From contig MU054187.1 in assembly GCA_013239625.1 (NCBI GenBank), positions 18,220,711 through 18,284,710 on the forward strand: a stretch of 64,000 nt of DNA, read 5' to 3'. Each line of letters begins with the position of its first letter. The first letter of the stretch is position 1. This stretch comes from Lama guanicoe (taxonomy: Eukaryota). Position numbers and translations under genes: made by a program. The notes under the pieces were generated by a model. That model made no database searches, had not been told where the DNA came from, and was given only the letters and a program-made list of their open reading frames with translations. Shown one piece after another: positions 12,871-26,765 of this stretch.

Positions 12871-15800
12871 CCAGTGTGAGGGCACACAGGCCCAAAATCA
12901 GTAAACTTTCCTGTCGGCCCACAGGTGAACTGAACCCACGTAGTTCCAGGGTCCCTGAAGCAAGCACCTGACTGCTTCGACAGCTGATTTCTTTACTGGA
13001 TGTTAATAAATTGACATTCTGATTGAAACTATTTTATTGTTTTTTAAAAATCTCTTCTAAAGCTGTTGTTCTTAGGGTCTATCATTTTATATTCATTTCA
13101 TATTCAAAATTTCTGTTTCAAAAAATAACCCTAACCAGTACATGATTATTATGTGAAAGATATGTTATAAAAAATAACTGTTTAGTGTTAAGGATTATTC
13201 ATAATAACAGGTAACAGCCAAGGAGTTTGGTATTGCTTGTCAATTTACTTCTTCAAAGTGGGGAGTGCAGGTAAAGCTCAGATCTAAGGGAAGGGTAAAT
13301 CAAGGGGTTGCATAATAAAATTCGAATGGTAGAATGTTAAAAAGTTTTCTGACAAATTGCTGATGTCAAATAAGAATCCCTTCGGAAAACAAAATCATTT
13401 GAAAGCATGCCTAAAATCACCATTGTCAAAAAGGTCTTCCAGGAGTTGAAATCACTTGATTTTTCAGACATCTTGGAATATACAACATGCACAAGACCTG
13501 CCCAGGCCTTTATCACATGAAATATTCATTTTGATTGACCAGCTCAGTCATTCCACCACGAAGCCCTGCCTTGCTCATGGCGTTATTTCTTTGGTCCCTG
13601 ACCTCATCGGCTCATACAATCCGAATAACCTCCAGGTGTGACCATCACTGCTTGGATGGAGCCTTTTCTACGCGTGGTAAATAATGGTGCAGGGAATTGG
13701 TACCTCAGTAGACATGAGACAACCAGACGTGGGCTAAGTGCTTTGTCCTTCCTCGCTACAGCGTATCCTTCCCAACTCAGATGCCATTTTCTTTTCAAAA
13801 CATCAGACAATGTATTCTTGTTATTAAAATCACCAGGAAGCCGGCTTAAGCATGCCGGGTCCAGACGCTTTCTTGAAGCAAGCTCAGTCTTGTGAGCCAT
13901 GGGAAATTCAGAGTTTTCTAACCACTGGTGCCCACTAACAGCCCTCTGGCAATTTTCATATGATTAGAAATGGTCAAACTGCAACTGGGGAAATTACATT
14001 CTTCCTCCCTCCACACCCCCTGCAGCTTTAAATGCGTTAGATCTTTTCTGATTTTCCTTCTTTAAAAAGTTAATTTAAGTATCAAGGTTGTGAACTGCTA
14101 CCCACATACTGCCTCCCTTCCCAGGAGGGCAGACGTAAGGGGAAGAGTCTCATTAATTTAGCACAGTCTTTAGACATTAATTGTCCCTAACTCAACAAAC
14201 CAAGGAACAATGTCTACCTCCTTCGGAATCTTTAACTCACACTTTTCAGAAAACTTGAATACGTAGATGAGGTCAGGGACAAATCAATTGTTTTTTTCTA
14301 AAATGTCTTAACATGCCCCAATAATACAGTCTCATTACTTAATATATTTTTAAACAGAAGTAAAGGTGAGAAATGGATACCACAAAATGGAAAGTACCCA
14401 ACTAGAATAAAATTTCAACCTTGAGACCAGTTTTAAGATGCCAAGCAGACCAGAGGAGGAAGAGAAATTAGAATTGGGAGGAAGAATGAACTCTTTTATC
14501 CTAGAAGCATATACAGACGTGTCGACATCTATCAGAAGTCTTTATCTACTAGTTTCAGAATAATCCATAAAAATTTCAACAAAACTACTCCCATTTTCCT
14601 ATTTTGGAAAAAAAAAACCCACAGAATTTGTATTCCCTTCATGGTTGCTGTTAGCTATCTTATTTGTGGTTTGATTTGTTTTCACTTTAAGGAAAAAGTG
14701 ACGTATTTTCACTTTCAAAGCAGCTTCAGGGGATTGCAGCCGTCGTCATGGGATAGTGTATCTTGGTAGTGAAATGCTCTGTGTGTTGCAGCATCTTCCC
14801 TGCAGGATGTACCACACAGTGTGGTTGGCTTCTCTAATCGCTCTGTCTGTCCTAGTGGAAACTATCGCCTCCACTGCTTCCAAATGTGGTCACCAGCCTG
14901 GCTGAAATAACAGTGCGCTTGAAACAGTCTGTTGGATGCAGGAGCCCAGTTTGAAAATTTAGTAATTCGTCTAAATTTTAGTTTAAATAACAATGATTTA
15001 AACATTGAAACGCTTTACTTCAAGAAATGGTGCTTTTGCAATCCCAGAATGTATGAATCATTCATCTTCTCCTTGAAAATGTGTCAACTGTAATAAAGTT
15101 TGCCAGAACTTTTCACACTAAAATAATTAATGGAGCATTATACTGAGAATAAAACCCAAAATGAAATCCTTTACTCAAAAGTATTTTTTCTTTAAGTTGT
15201 TTATTTTTAATTATGCTTTTTAAATTAATAATTCTAACATCTTTACCAACCTAGGCACAGTACAGCTAAGGATTATCACTCTATCAGTTTTTTTTAATAA
15301 AACATGCAAACGAACATGCTGTCTAATAACAAAATGGTATGACTCTAAATAGGAAAGTGTAGACTAGACTGCAAAGAAAGAGCATAAATCTAAACATGTC
15401 CCCCCCTGCAAAATTCAAAAACTGGCAAAACATCTGTCTGGCTGGCTGGCGGACTTCCTAAGCGATGATCGATGCCTTTTACTTCCCAGAAAAATAACTA
15501 AGCAGTAAGTTTAACAGCTTTTTCCAGCTCTTTAAGGATTGGCAGTGCCAAGGACTCAGAAGCTTATTATCAAAAAAATTTAACCTGGGACCTTGTGTAG
15601 CCAGGCTGCTCAGGACCAGAAACGAGGCAGAGACGGCTCTCGTTTTGGTGTTTCGGTTGTCATAGAGCCACCCTGAGTCCTGTACAGATGACTCTCCATC
15701 CTCAACCCCTCCTCTCCTCCAAAGAGACCCGGATGAAAGAGAGACATGGATGGACCAGTCCTGACTCTGCCAGGCTCAGTTTCCCCTGTGAAAATGAAAC

Positions 15801-16324
15801 ATGTATTTGAACCACACGAGCTGAAGAAGTAAGAGGAGCAAATTCGTCTGCTTTTGCTTAGATTGCCCTAATGGACAAGACAAAGCACACCTAAATATCT
15901 CTAGCTCATGAGGAAGAAACAAGGAAAGGAAAGACAACCATTCTACGGCACCAAATGAGGTTTTTAGTGGGTAAGCAGGCGAAGCATCCTATCTCTGCAA
16001 TGCACTAATATATCGGGGGGAGGGGGGTTACGCCATTAATTCACAAAATATAAAAAAAAGAATTAAACCTATTAAGAGAAGGATTTATTCTACATTATCA
16101 TTTAATTACCAACATGTCTCTGTATTCAATTATAGCACTACGGTTTCATCAGGCACTTGCCCTGAGAATTTCCAATTAAAACCCTCCCAGGTAACTGACG
16201 CTCAGCAGATTTGATTAGCTTTTTTTTTTTATCTTTCTTGTCCTCAGTTAAAGCAAAATAACCTGTCTTTGCACTTAAGTCAAAAATAGCAGCCTCCTCC
16301 ATGGGTCTCCTTTGCACAGACACC

Positions 16325-16405
16325 GTTCACTACAAATTCCCTCCGGTTGCCTCCAGGGGGACGTTCACCTCGCACGATTCTATTGGGGGTTGCTATGGCT
16401 TCATA
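16325..16405. promoter_or_regulatory. Motif cluster (ZNF143/THAP11-like, CTCF-like, CCAAT, RFX X-box-like)
   Basis: ACTACAAATTCCC 16329-16341; CCTCCAGGGGG 16350-16360; ATTGG 16382-16386; GTTGCTATGGCTTC 16389-16402; several CpGs. Confidence 0.35.
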
Positions 16406-16444
16406 TCGAACAGAATATGGAGTCTCCCTGCACCCAGACAGTTT

Positions 16445-16625
16445 AGGAATTAAGAGGTCTTGGAGTCAGGTTAGCCTGGTTTCAAACCTCAGCTCCACTA
16501 CTAACTACATGCACCTTTGGCAAATGACTTCTGTGACAATTTTGCATTTGTAAAATGGGGACTGTTATGAGGAATAAATGGTGAAAATGTGTGAAGTGTT
16601 TAGCACAGCTGGTACACAGTTAAGT
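16445..16625 (+). mobile_element. MIR SINE
   Basis: ggagtcaggttagcctggtttcaaacctcagctccactactaactac...ctttggcaaatgactt...catttgtaaaatgggg...atgtgtgaagtgtttagcacag. Confidence 0.85.
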
Positions 16626-16839
16626 GGGAATTTGGGGCATGCAGCCAAGTGGTCATTTTTAGTGTGGCTGTTGCCATTTTTGTTGCTCCTGTTATAGGAC
16701 GTGGACAAGGAAGATGGCTGGAGATTTCAGTTAAAGTGTGTGTTCCCAGGCAACTTAGTAACTGGAGGGCTGTGTCACAAGCATCATACTCCAGGACTGG
16801 TTGGCGCCCATCACTTAATATTAAGGTTTAAGCAAGTTT

Positions 16840-17318
16840 CTTATTCTGTTTCTTCTCTGCTTGTACTGCCCACTCTGTTCTCTGCCCTTCCTAGTTCAGT
16901 TTTGTGTCCTGAGAGACTGACCCACACGGACCATCACCTGAGCTCTCCTGGCTTCTGGCTGGACCCAGCCAACAGGAGGCACCACCAGGAAATCTGAGCA
17001 TGAGAGAAGACATGTTAGGAACGTCTCCCTCATACCACCTGCTTGGGGGCCACGGTTCTGCCAGGGATCAGATGTCTCTGCCGCTACACTGGAGGTCTCT
17101 CCACAGCTCCAGCTTTCACCAGGCTCTGTTAACAACCCTATTTCCTCGCCGTGTCCCTTCAGGCTTAGGAGTGGTGTTCCCTTCTTTTGTTAGTACCTGG
17201 AGTCCAAACATCCCTCACTGGTTTGCTTATCCGTACTTTGTAAATAGCCCCTTCTCTAAATATGCAACAGAATTTCATCCAAGTGCCCCTCTGTTTCCCA
17301 TTGGGACTGTAAATGATG
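16840..17318 (+). mobile_element. ERVL solo LTR (LTR33-like)
   Basis: ctggcttctggctggacccagccaacaggaggcaccaccagga...cccttcaggcttaggagtggt...tttgtaaatagccccttc...ctgtttcccattgggac matches the recalled LTR33 consensus. Confidence 0.7.
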
Positions 17319-17369
17319 TGCACATTTTGATCAAAATATTCCCCTGGAGTCAACTAGGTTAATGCTTAT

Positions 17370-18290
17370 TTTATCATTTTTATTGAGCCCTTACTATGTA
17401 CTAAACACTGAGCTAAGTGCAAAGTACAAGGAAAAACAATAACGTATCTATATCTTTAAATATGTATATGTGTGGGTACCACAGTCCTTCCTCAAAGACT
17501 TCAATCTTCCCAAAGAGTTAAATCCATAAATCATGAATCATAATCTGGTATAATAATTATGGTATATGTATGTGCAAAGTACATAAGAGTTATAGTCTAA
17601 CTTATTTGTGGGGGTGAAGGACAGGTAGGGAGGAATGTCAAGAGCCATCAGGAAAATCTTTCAGTGTGACCTCAACTAAGAGGAGAAATTTAAGAAGTAG
17701 AATTATAAGAAAGTGGCATTTTAGGCATGGAAGAGAGTATTCAAAAGTCATGATGACCTGGAGATACAGAGTATGTTTAGTTAACAGCAAAGTCATTCTG
17801 GATAAGTAGAACATAGCGCTAAGATTAGAATTGTGAGGTGGGAGGAGGCTGTCACGAGGTAGAGTTAAGTAGCTGGAGATTGGCCAGGAAAGACATCACT
17901 GGAAATTGTGCAAAAGGGTTCAGGCTGTGGAATGATTTGAGTCCCACTCAACTTTTTGGAGTATTTCTGGCAGAAACAAAATTAGGGTGACCAGTTCAAT
18001 GGATTACAATCATACAGAAGAAAGATGAGAGTCCAAACCAGAATTGTGGTCACTGGAGTTGAAAAGCAGAGGACATATTCAACAAATATTTCACAGAGAA
18101 TTATCAAGAGTTCAAGACCTTTGAATATAGGAGGTGAAGGAGTGTTCACTGTAAGTTGGATTTGAGAGGTCAGTTTAGACCACATCATGAATGGTGACTC
18201 TGTTAACTGAGACAGAAGACAGAAGGAAGGGAGCAAATTGGGTAGGGGTGGAGGAATTCCTTTTTGAAAAGAGAAATCAAAATTCACTCG
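17370..18290 (-). mobile_element. L2 LINE fragments
   Basis: tttattgagcccttactatgtactaaacactgagctaagtgc plus downstream purine-rich L2-like text. Confidence 0.65.
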
Positions 18291-19118
18291 CTGATGTTAC
18301 AATAATTGGCTTTAAAAAAGAGAGATTATCATTGTTTTGAGGAAAAAAGGAAATAACCCCACAATTTAAAAAAATTAGAAGTCATACTAGAACAGCGCCA
18401 GATGATTCAAGTTAGTGCTGCTTTTTCCATGCAAGAAATGTCCATAGTAAATGCTTCAGAAGTTTCAAGTTGGAGGCTCGAATCTACCTGGGGTCCTCCC
18501 TGTATCACGAAGCACTGTTAGTGTCTGTCTAGACTGCACGTCCAAAGCATCACCCCGTTGTAGTCTTGCTGTCTCTGTCTCCCTGGCTTACTTTGACATA
18601 TACTCATAGTGACCTACGCAGCACCTGGTGTATGATGAGGGGATCAGTTTTCAGTATCGGCAATCAGTTTTTAGTATCATAAAAGCTTTGGTAAAATGCC
18701 AAAATTATGACACCACTTCTGGGTTTCACCATTCCCTTCCAAAATAATAGGAAATGTGCTTTTTTTCCCTCATCAAGTGTTCTAGTCATTGGTATTTTTT
18801 TTTAATCTGCAAGGAGCCTTCCTCCCACTCATCACAGAAATAATGATATCAGACAGATATTGTACTGAAGTACAAACAAGCTTTTAAAAACGGGCTCACC
18901 CATAACAACAATGCCCTACCTGAAAACCCAATATTTTGCTCAGAGAGTTCCTTAGCAACATTCTTTGCAGCTAAAACTGTCGGGCTTTAGGATCTCCACA
19001 CATTATAATTATTGTTTTCTTCCCTCAGATTACCATGTTGAAAAATATCTTTGAATTTTTGAGATTGACAACTGAACGTTGAACCTCACTGTATTCTAGT
19101 GAGTAGTGAAGAATGTGT

Positions 19119-19140
19119 ACACACACACACACACACACAC
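19119..19140. repeat. (AC)n microsatellite
   Basis: 11 AC units. Confidence 0.95.
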
Positions 19141-19624
19141 TCCAGAACATTCCAGCCCTGCAACCACGTCAGCACACCTTGGATCTTACACAGAAATATC
19201 CAAGGCTTTACTGCCAGGGGTTGGAAGGGTGTTATCACTAGTAAATCTTAATTTTTCAAGTGTTTTCAAGCACAAAGCATCTCTCTGTATTCTAGCAGAG
19301 GATCTACATGATGGAAATTCTGATTGCTAAACCAGGATGATCCCTCACTTCTCTAAGGGGATCTACAGAAGACAAAAAAGGGCTAAGTGGGCCTAAGATG
19401 CTTAGTTCTTCTTACTCTTTTAATTAAAACAAAAACCAAAAACAAAATTATTCTTGACCCTACTTGGCCATCCAATTCTTTCCCAGTGTTAATTTCCTAT
19501 TTTCTTATTTAAAAGAGTATAAACTTTTTTTTGGTTTTGTGACACCCTATCAAAGGAAGTAGAATCTAGTGAAAAGACACTGAATTGAATTTGGCATTCA
19601 AAGAACTGTGTTCACTTGAAAAGG

Positions 19625-20719
19625 AGGAACATTGGGGGATTGCTAGCCCGATCAGATATATAAGCATATCTTAAGGCCTCTGTAATTAAAACAGTGTGGT
19701 CTTGGCATATGAGTAGCCAGGCAGATCAGTAAAAAGAAAAAAAATAGAGAATCCAGAAATACATGCAATTGTTTGTAAGTTTTCAGTGGAGATGGAGTCA
19801 CAAGCCAAGTGAGAAATATGTGCACATTAATGACTGGGGCTGGGATAACTGGGTAATAATATGAAAATAATCAAAACTGAATTCATTTCTGCCAGCAAAA
19901 ACCAGTGAAAATTCTAAAGGAATTAGAAATCAAAATGTAAAAAAATGAAATTACACAAGTATAAACATTTGTGAATTTCCCTGTGATCTAGAAGTGAGGA
20001 AAATTCTATTCCCACTCAAGATCTTGAAGCAATAAGGAAAATAATAAATTTGACTACAAAAAGGTTGAAAATATATGACAAATTAAAATATCAACAAGTG
20101 CTACTTTTAAAACAGGCTAGAGATGTGAATAGTTCCCAGAAAAGTCAATACAAATGGTCCTCCTATTTTTAGGGCTCTTTTACATATAATATATATATAT
20201 ATATATAAAATATATAATATATGTATATGTCTCATAATTAAGAGAATAGCTCAGGATAAGAGAAATACAAATTAATATTACACAGATATACGATATTTTA
20301 TTTATCAAATTGACAAAAAAAGCAAGAGTGTGACTACATATTTAGTTGGTAAGACTAAGAGGAAAAAGGCACATATGCGTTACTAAAAAGAATGCAAAAT
20401 GTTAACAAATGGCTGGAGGGCAATTTGGCATTATTTAACAAGATTACTTACGTATTTATGCTTTCCCCTTCTCTAGGAATCTATCTAAAAGATAAATATA
20501 AAAAGATGTATACACATGGATATTTATTTCATTATTTAAAATGGTAAAAAGCCAGGAACAGCCTAAATGTCCATCAATACGGGATGAACTGAATTAACTC
20601 TGAGATACTTACAGTGGAACACTATGTAGTGGGTAAAAAAAAAATGAGTGCTTTCTCATATGTGACCTCCAGGATCATTGTTACATGAAAACAGCACATT
20701 GCAAANNNNNNNNNNNNNN

Positions 20720-20759
<40 letters not shown>

Positions 20760-22070
20760 CCATTTATCTAAGAGTATATGTGTGTACATGCACATACAAT
20801 GGGAGATTAAGCTATAATTAGATAAAATTGTAACTTCTATGTGATGAAGGAGAACATGTAAAGGAGATAGATATTAAAGTCAGAGGTAGGAAATTTACCA
20901 GATGAATCCGAATATTTTGTCATTCCAGAAAGCAAGGACATTATCAAAAATTATTGGAATAGTGTCAAAAGAACTCATGAAACATCTTGAAGTGGCTCCC
21001 ACTGCATAAAGATGAGTCATCACAGTGACAAGGATAATAACCATCAGTGAACTGAGATCAATCAAATATGTTAAAAATCCAGGAATTCACAATGATCATT
21101 TAAAAGAAAGATCACCTTTGGAGGATGCTAGGAAACCAACTCCTTATTCCAAAAACAGGCAAATAAAGGGAAAGAATCATACAGAGAACTTGTTTGTCTA
21201 GTAAAAACTGTACCTCAGGGTACTCAAAAGTCGATGAGAAAAAAATTCTCTCTGTGGAAGTTTTCCAGCTAGCATATAAAGATGTAATTAAATAACTGGC
21301 ATACTACCATTCTGCAAAACCCTAAGTAAATTCTATTTTTGGGAAATGATCCTCAGTGGCAACCAATATCATAGCAGTAGACACCTGGACATCGTGCCTC
21401 TCTTAATGGAAGATTAGAACACCATTTATGAAGTAGTCTGGCCAAAAATATAACCTAAAAATGGATCAAGCCTCTTGATCTAACCACCAGTACAGGAAGC
21501 ACACAGGGAATGGAGGAACCGGCTTTCTTTTTAAAAAAGTGAGACTGCAATCAACGATATCCAGAAAGTAGGCAGGTTCACAAGACAAATTATTCAATTC
21601 CTTCAACAAATCAATTTTGAATACAAATTTAAAAATAAAAGTTAAGGTAGCCTATAAAAGTTTTTAAAATTCCTGAAATTTACCAGCAGAATGCAGTGTG
21701 TGTACCCTGTTGGGATCCCAAGTCAAACAAACCAGCAATGTAATATCTTTAAACAAATAAAACATGCATTAGAAAGTGCTGACTAGATATTTGGTGATAT
21801 TAAGGCACTACTAGGATTTTTAATGTATGAACACGGCACCATGACTATGTTTTTTAACAGGAGTTCTTTTCTTTCAGAGACACATTCTCAAATATTTATA
21901 GATGAAATAGTACATCTAGAATTTGCTTCAAAACAATTCTTGGGACAGAAATAAAGAAGGTGTAAATAAATGCAAGTGTGGCTGAGAGCTAATGAGTGTG
22001 GAGGCTGAATAATGGGTACACACAGAGGCATTGTACCTTTCTCTCTACAATGTGTTTAAAATAATCCATA
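19625..22070 (+). mobile_element. Ancient L1MC-class element (ORF2 3' remnant and long 3' UTR)
   Basis: aattaaaacagtgtggtcttggcat...gaatccagaaatac; cctaaatgtccatcaata; ggaggatgctaggaaaccaactc...tttatgaagtagtctggcc. Confidence 0.8.
20706..20753. other. Assembly gap (14 N) abutting a (TA)n microsatellite
   Basis: N run at 20706-20719 followed by (TA)n at 20720-20753. Confidence 0.95.
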
Positions 22071-22072
22071 AT

Positions 22073-22712
22073 ACACTGTTGATGGGAGTGTAAAATGATG
22101 CAGCTGCTAAGGAAAACAATATGGAGGTTCCTCAAAAAATTAAAAATAGAACCACCGTAGGATCCAGTAATTCCATTTCTGGCTATTTATCCAAAATAAT
22201 TGAAATCAGGATCTCAAAGAGATACTCACACTGCCATGTTGATTGAAGCATTATTCACAGTAGCCAAAATGCAGAAACAACCTACATGTCCATGGATGAG
22301 TGGAAAAAGAAAACATAGTATATGCATACAATGGAGTATTATTCACCCTTAAAAAAGAGAAGGAAATCCTTCTGTCTGTAACAATTTGCATGACCCTTAA
22401 GGACATTATCCTGGGTAAAATAAGCCAATCACAGAACGGCAAATACTGCATGATCCCATTTATAGAAGAAACCTGAGATTGTCAAATTCATAGAATCAGA
22501 GTGGAACAGTGGTGGCCAGGGACTGCAGAGAGGGGGCGCTGGGGAACTGATAATCCTGGGGCATAAAATTTCAGTTAAGCAAGATGAAAAAGTTCCAAAG
22601 ATCTGAGCTACAACATTGTGCCCGTGTTTAACAATACTGTGTTGTGCACTTGAGAATTCTTTAAGAAGGTAGATCACATGTAAAGTGTTTATAACACAGT
22701 TTTTTTTTAAAA
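22073..22712 (+). mobile_element. L1 3' end (L1MA10/L1MB-like) nested in L1MC
   Basis: acactgttgatgggagtgtaaaatgatgcagctg...gaggttcctcaaaaaattaaaaatagaac...aagatgaaaaagttccaaagatctg; flanked by tccataat repeats. Confidence 0.85.
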
Positions 22713-24330
22713 AAGCAGAGCCAAAAAGTTATGAATAGTCTTAATAAAAAATTGTCCATAATGAAAAGGTTAAAAAAGACCTACAAACAAATTCTTGATC
22801 CAGCATTTGTTGTCTGTTTAATACTAAGCAAGTCACTTAACACATTTTAAGCCCCCATTTTTTTATATGCAAAAGGGATATATATCATAATAACAATTTT
22901 ATAGGTTTTCCATTTCTACTTTGGGGCCTTGATAATGGCTAATTGAAAAGAGAAAGAGGTTTTGGAATCACTCCTAACAACAGAGCATTATGGGTAAGTT
23001 TAAAAACACATGATAGAAAGAAAGATACTATACACCTGAATGTACTCATTATTCAGCCTCCATCCCCTTTTAAATATCTGTCATGATTTTATGATATTAG
23101 GCAAGTACTTAACTTCTCTGAGGGTCATTCCCTTTCATGTAAAATGAGGATCACGCGAGCATCAGACCTTTGCTATGAGGACTACGTAAAGTGGGGACGT
23201 CGTAAGTAACACTTTCTCTCCTCTATGAAGCCATTTTGATTCCCAGTAGGAAATACTCACTCTCCTCATAGATTTATTATATTTATTATTGTATTAATGG
23301 TCTCCCTTAAATTGTTACTTAAGTACTTTTTTATGAAAAGACTCTGGGCCCCTTGAAAACAGATTTTTCATATCCTCTGTCTCACGGAAGGCATGTAGTT
23401 GGAGATCAATGAATTCTGATTAATTAAATCTCTTAAGTAGATTAGATGCTACCTCCACAAACTGATTAACCTCCTGAACTACGACACTGAATGCTCTTGC
23501 TATATATTAAGTAAATATTTTTAAATATACTTAAGATCCCTGGAAAAATGTCAGATTATTTCCTGGACAAACCATAAATGAGCCTATCATCTGTCAAGAA
23601 ATCTCCCAGTTCACTGTGTTGATAAGCTTGGACTCAAATCCTGCTCTGCTCGTTACCTATGACATTTATGATTTGACCAGGTCTGTCAGTTCCTACAAAC
23701 AATACAAACATGTCACAAACTCTTCCGCAGAAAATTGTTCCTAGCACAAGTTTGCAGCTTTATTCCAGAAACTGTGCAGCTATGAAGAAGCACCTAGCAC
23801 ATATCCATGCTCCAAAGATGAGCAGAGATAATAGAGTGGTAGATTTTTCTATAAGCGCCATGCACCTTAAATCAGGTCAATAACAGGAAAAATGAACAGA
23901 CTCTCCAAAAATGGGGGATTCCAGAAGAGTCTATTTGAAGTGACAAACAAACCAATCTTAAATGTAGTTCAAAGTATTTCCACTTGAGATAAAACTCAAT
24001 TTCAACATTCTGACAACATGGTGACAGCATACTTTTTACTTCTGAGAATTGTAAGACCCTTTTCTCATAAAACCTGGAGAAAGTCAAAAGCAGTTCAATT
24101 AAAGTGTCTAAATGTGGTCACCTGCTATCTATAGCTTGGAGGGACAGCTCAGCTGCGGTCTATAGCGTTCAGCTGTTCCCAGAATATTCCCTGAAGCTTC
24201 TCTGAAGCTCTTCACAGTACAGATCACTGTACTAAAACTCATCCCTCAGTGCTCTCCCTGTGTGCCAATAAGCAAACACTAGAGTGCAGTATAGAGAAAA
24301 GGGAGGCTCTCCTTCTTATTAAAAAGATCA

Positions 24331-24531
24331 CTTTACTGTATATAAAAGAGATAAACAAGGACCTACGGCACAGCACAGGGAACTACAGTCAATTTCTTAT
24401 AACAACAAATAATGGAACAGAATCTGAGAAGAAAACATATATGTATATATATGTATAACTGAATCACTTTGCTGCATACCTAAAACTAAACTGTAAATCG
24501 ACTACACTTCAATAAAAAAATTTTAAAAAAG
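24331..24531 (+). mobile_element. Cetartiodactyl/camelid L1 3' tail stub
   Basis: agataaacaaggacctacggcacagcacagggaactac...tataactgaatcactttgctg...cttcaataaaaaaa; short TSD aagatca. Confidence 0.85.
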
Positions 24532-25346
24532 AAGATCATGACCTGTAATTTCAAAGTTCATCAAACATAGTCCTACAAAAAATATATGAGTTATGCATAA
24601 AGTTATAGGCTTTATATCAAAAAGACAGAAAATTAAATCAAGCTCCTTCCAAAGTGAGACATTTGAAAGGAAATCATTACAACAGCATTAGTCCACCATA
24701 AAGTGATGCATTCGTGTTTCACAAGGCAAAGACTGCCCTAAAATCTTTGAAGTCGCTATACAATTGTGTTTGTCAAAACACACTTGACACCGTAACTCAC
24801 AGTTTTATTGACATTCTTATTTTCTATCAAATATTTTACATATTTTGATATGGGAAATTCATTTCACTTCCTGAAAAATTTTATGCTTAAAAAGGGATAT
24901 GGAGCAATTGTAATATATTCCAGAGAGTTTTCTTCAATTTACACCATTACATTCCAAAGTCAGCTGAAATAGCCAAAACTGAAATTTTTTATTATTTTTC
25001 ATGGCTTGAAATGGGAAGAGGAGTGAAGAATAAATCTGTAAGAGAATGAAACATAAATCCATTGTGGTCACCATGTTGCCATAAGCAGGAAAACTCTGTA
25101 AAGTTGTTCAAGAGAGAATCCCAAGAAATGATTGCATATATGCAGAAGATGCTACACTCATTATGATAAACTAGAGTTTTTTTTCTCCTTTAAAAAGAAT
25201 CTGTTAAAAGTCTAGATAAGATTCTTCATCCATGAAATAGATGTCATAATTAATTCCTAGCACGCAATATCACAGACAAACTGTGTGAGGTTAAAAAATG
25301 AGCTAATGTATGGAGGGGAGAAGCTTTGTAAAAAGCAAAGGGGCTT

Positions 25347-25458
25347 CTGAAAAAGAATATGAAAAGGAATATTTGTATGTATATGTATGATTGAAACACT
25401 ATGCTGTACACCAGAAATTGACACAACATTGAAAACTGACTTTACTTCAATTAAAAAA
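25347..25458 (+). mobile_element. Camelid L1 3' tail stub
   Basis: tatgctgtacaccagaaattgacacaacattgaaaactgactttacttcaattaaaaaaa; 17-bp TSD aaaaagcaaaggggctt / aaaaagcagaggagctt. Confidence 0.85.
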
Positions 25459-25669
25459 AAAAAGCAGAGGAGCTTAAAAGTGCTAAGTGATAATCAAGAG
25501 GATAATCACTACCTACTTATGGACAAAAATAGATAACATTACACCCAGCATGGAACAAAGTACTTAGCACATATTAAGTGTTTACTATATGTTTGAATGG
25601 AAATATTAAGAGGTATTTGGCAGACACATTGGCAAACATACTTATTTAAGCAAAATTAAACACAAAATA

Positions 25670-26765
25670 AGCCTGGAGCATCTTGTAATACCAGAAATGG
25701 AAGGAAGTACTGTTCTCAAACAAACAAAGCACAATAAAGGAAATATGTCAAAAGAACACAGGATCCAAATGAAAGAACTTGCAATCACCAAAGATGGAAA
25801 AATCTGAGCATCAAAATAAATAAAATAGATGTGGATTGTAACCCAAAGTATAGAATAAATATCTACGTCTATAGTGAAATTATTTAATCAATTTAAGAAT
25901 GAATGGGGAGTAACCTATAATGAAAAAGAAAATGAAAACAAATATATGTATGTATATGTCTGACTGAAGCATGACGTTGTTCACCAGAAACTGACACATT
26001 ATAAACTGGCTATTAAAAAAATGAAGAGGGGAAGATAAACAAATACTCCTGTGAAGGATTCAAAATAATTTATGCAGATACTTTATCCTCAGGGAGGGAG
26101 AATATAGCTCTCCACCCCTTACGCGTGGCTGTGCAGAGTGACTTCTTTTGAAGGCGCACAGGCGGGAAAGCAAAGAGGGGGATAAGGAGCAACTTTACAG
26201 GAGAGAAATCTGACAACGCTAGCTGCGCCAGGTGGTCAGTGTTAACAGCAACACAGTAAGTCGTGTGGATGGTGTTTACCTTTGGTGTGATGGGTTGAGA
26301 ACTGCATTTTACCTTTGTGGTTTCCCTCTCCCAAGCCCATAACCCCAGTCTAATGACGAGAAAATCATCAGACAAATCCTAATTAAAGGACATGATGCAA
26401 AATATCTAAACAGCACTCGCAAAATTGTCAAAGTCACTGAAAACAAAGGAAACATGAGAAACTGTCACAAGCAAGAGAAGCCTAAGGGGAGACAGCAGTG
26501 AAATTTAATGTGTTATATCGAGTGGGACCCTGGAACAGAAAAAGGACACTAGGTTAAAACTAAGGAAATCTGAATAAATTATGGATGTTGTTAATAATAA
26601 TGTATCAATATTGGTTCATTAACTTAGCAAGCATACCACACTAATGCAAGTCATTAATAACCAGGAAACTAGATGTGGGGCTGGAGGGGCAGGGAGCAGA
26701 TGGGAATTCTCTGTACTATCTGCTCATGTTTTCTGTAAATCTCAAACTTGAACTTAAAAAGAAAA
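25670..26765 (+). mobile_element. L1MC-class 3' UTR with a nested camelid L1 stub (~25910-26016)
   Basis: aaataatttatgcagatact...gagaaaatcatcagacaaatcctaatt...gggaccctggaacagaaaaaggacactagg...gggaattctctgtactatct. Confidence 0.8.

Noticed and set aside
16138..16323. First coding exon MEEAAIFDLSAKT on the - strand next to the motif cluster
   Set aside because: Weak donor (gttatt), unrecognised peptide, and no convincing downstream exon chain.
18643..18678. Direct repeat atcagtttYtcagtatc-like pair as a CRISPR-like or functional array
   Set aside because: Only two units with a 20-bp period; an ordinary micro-duplication in eukaryotic DNA.
10950..22712. Inverted ~370-bp repeat pair giving near-identical ORFs (11004-11219 vs 22429-22677)
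   Set aside because: Two independent insertions of the same L1 3' end in opposite orientations; not a transposon boundary or a gene family.
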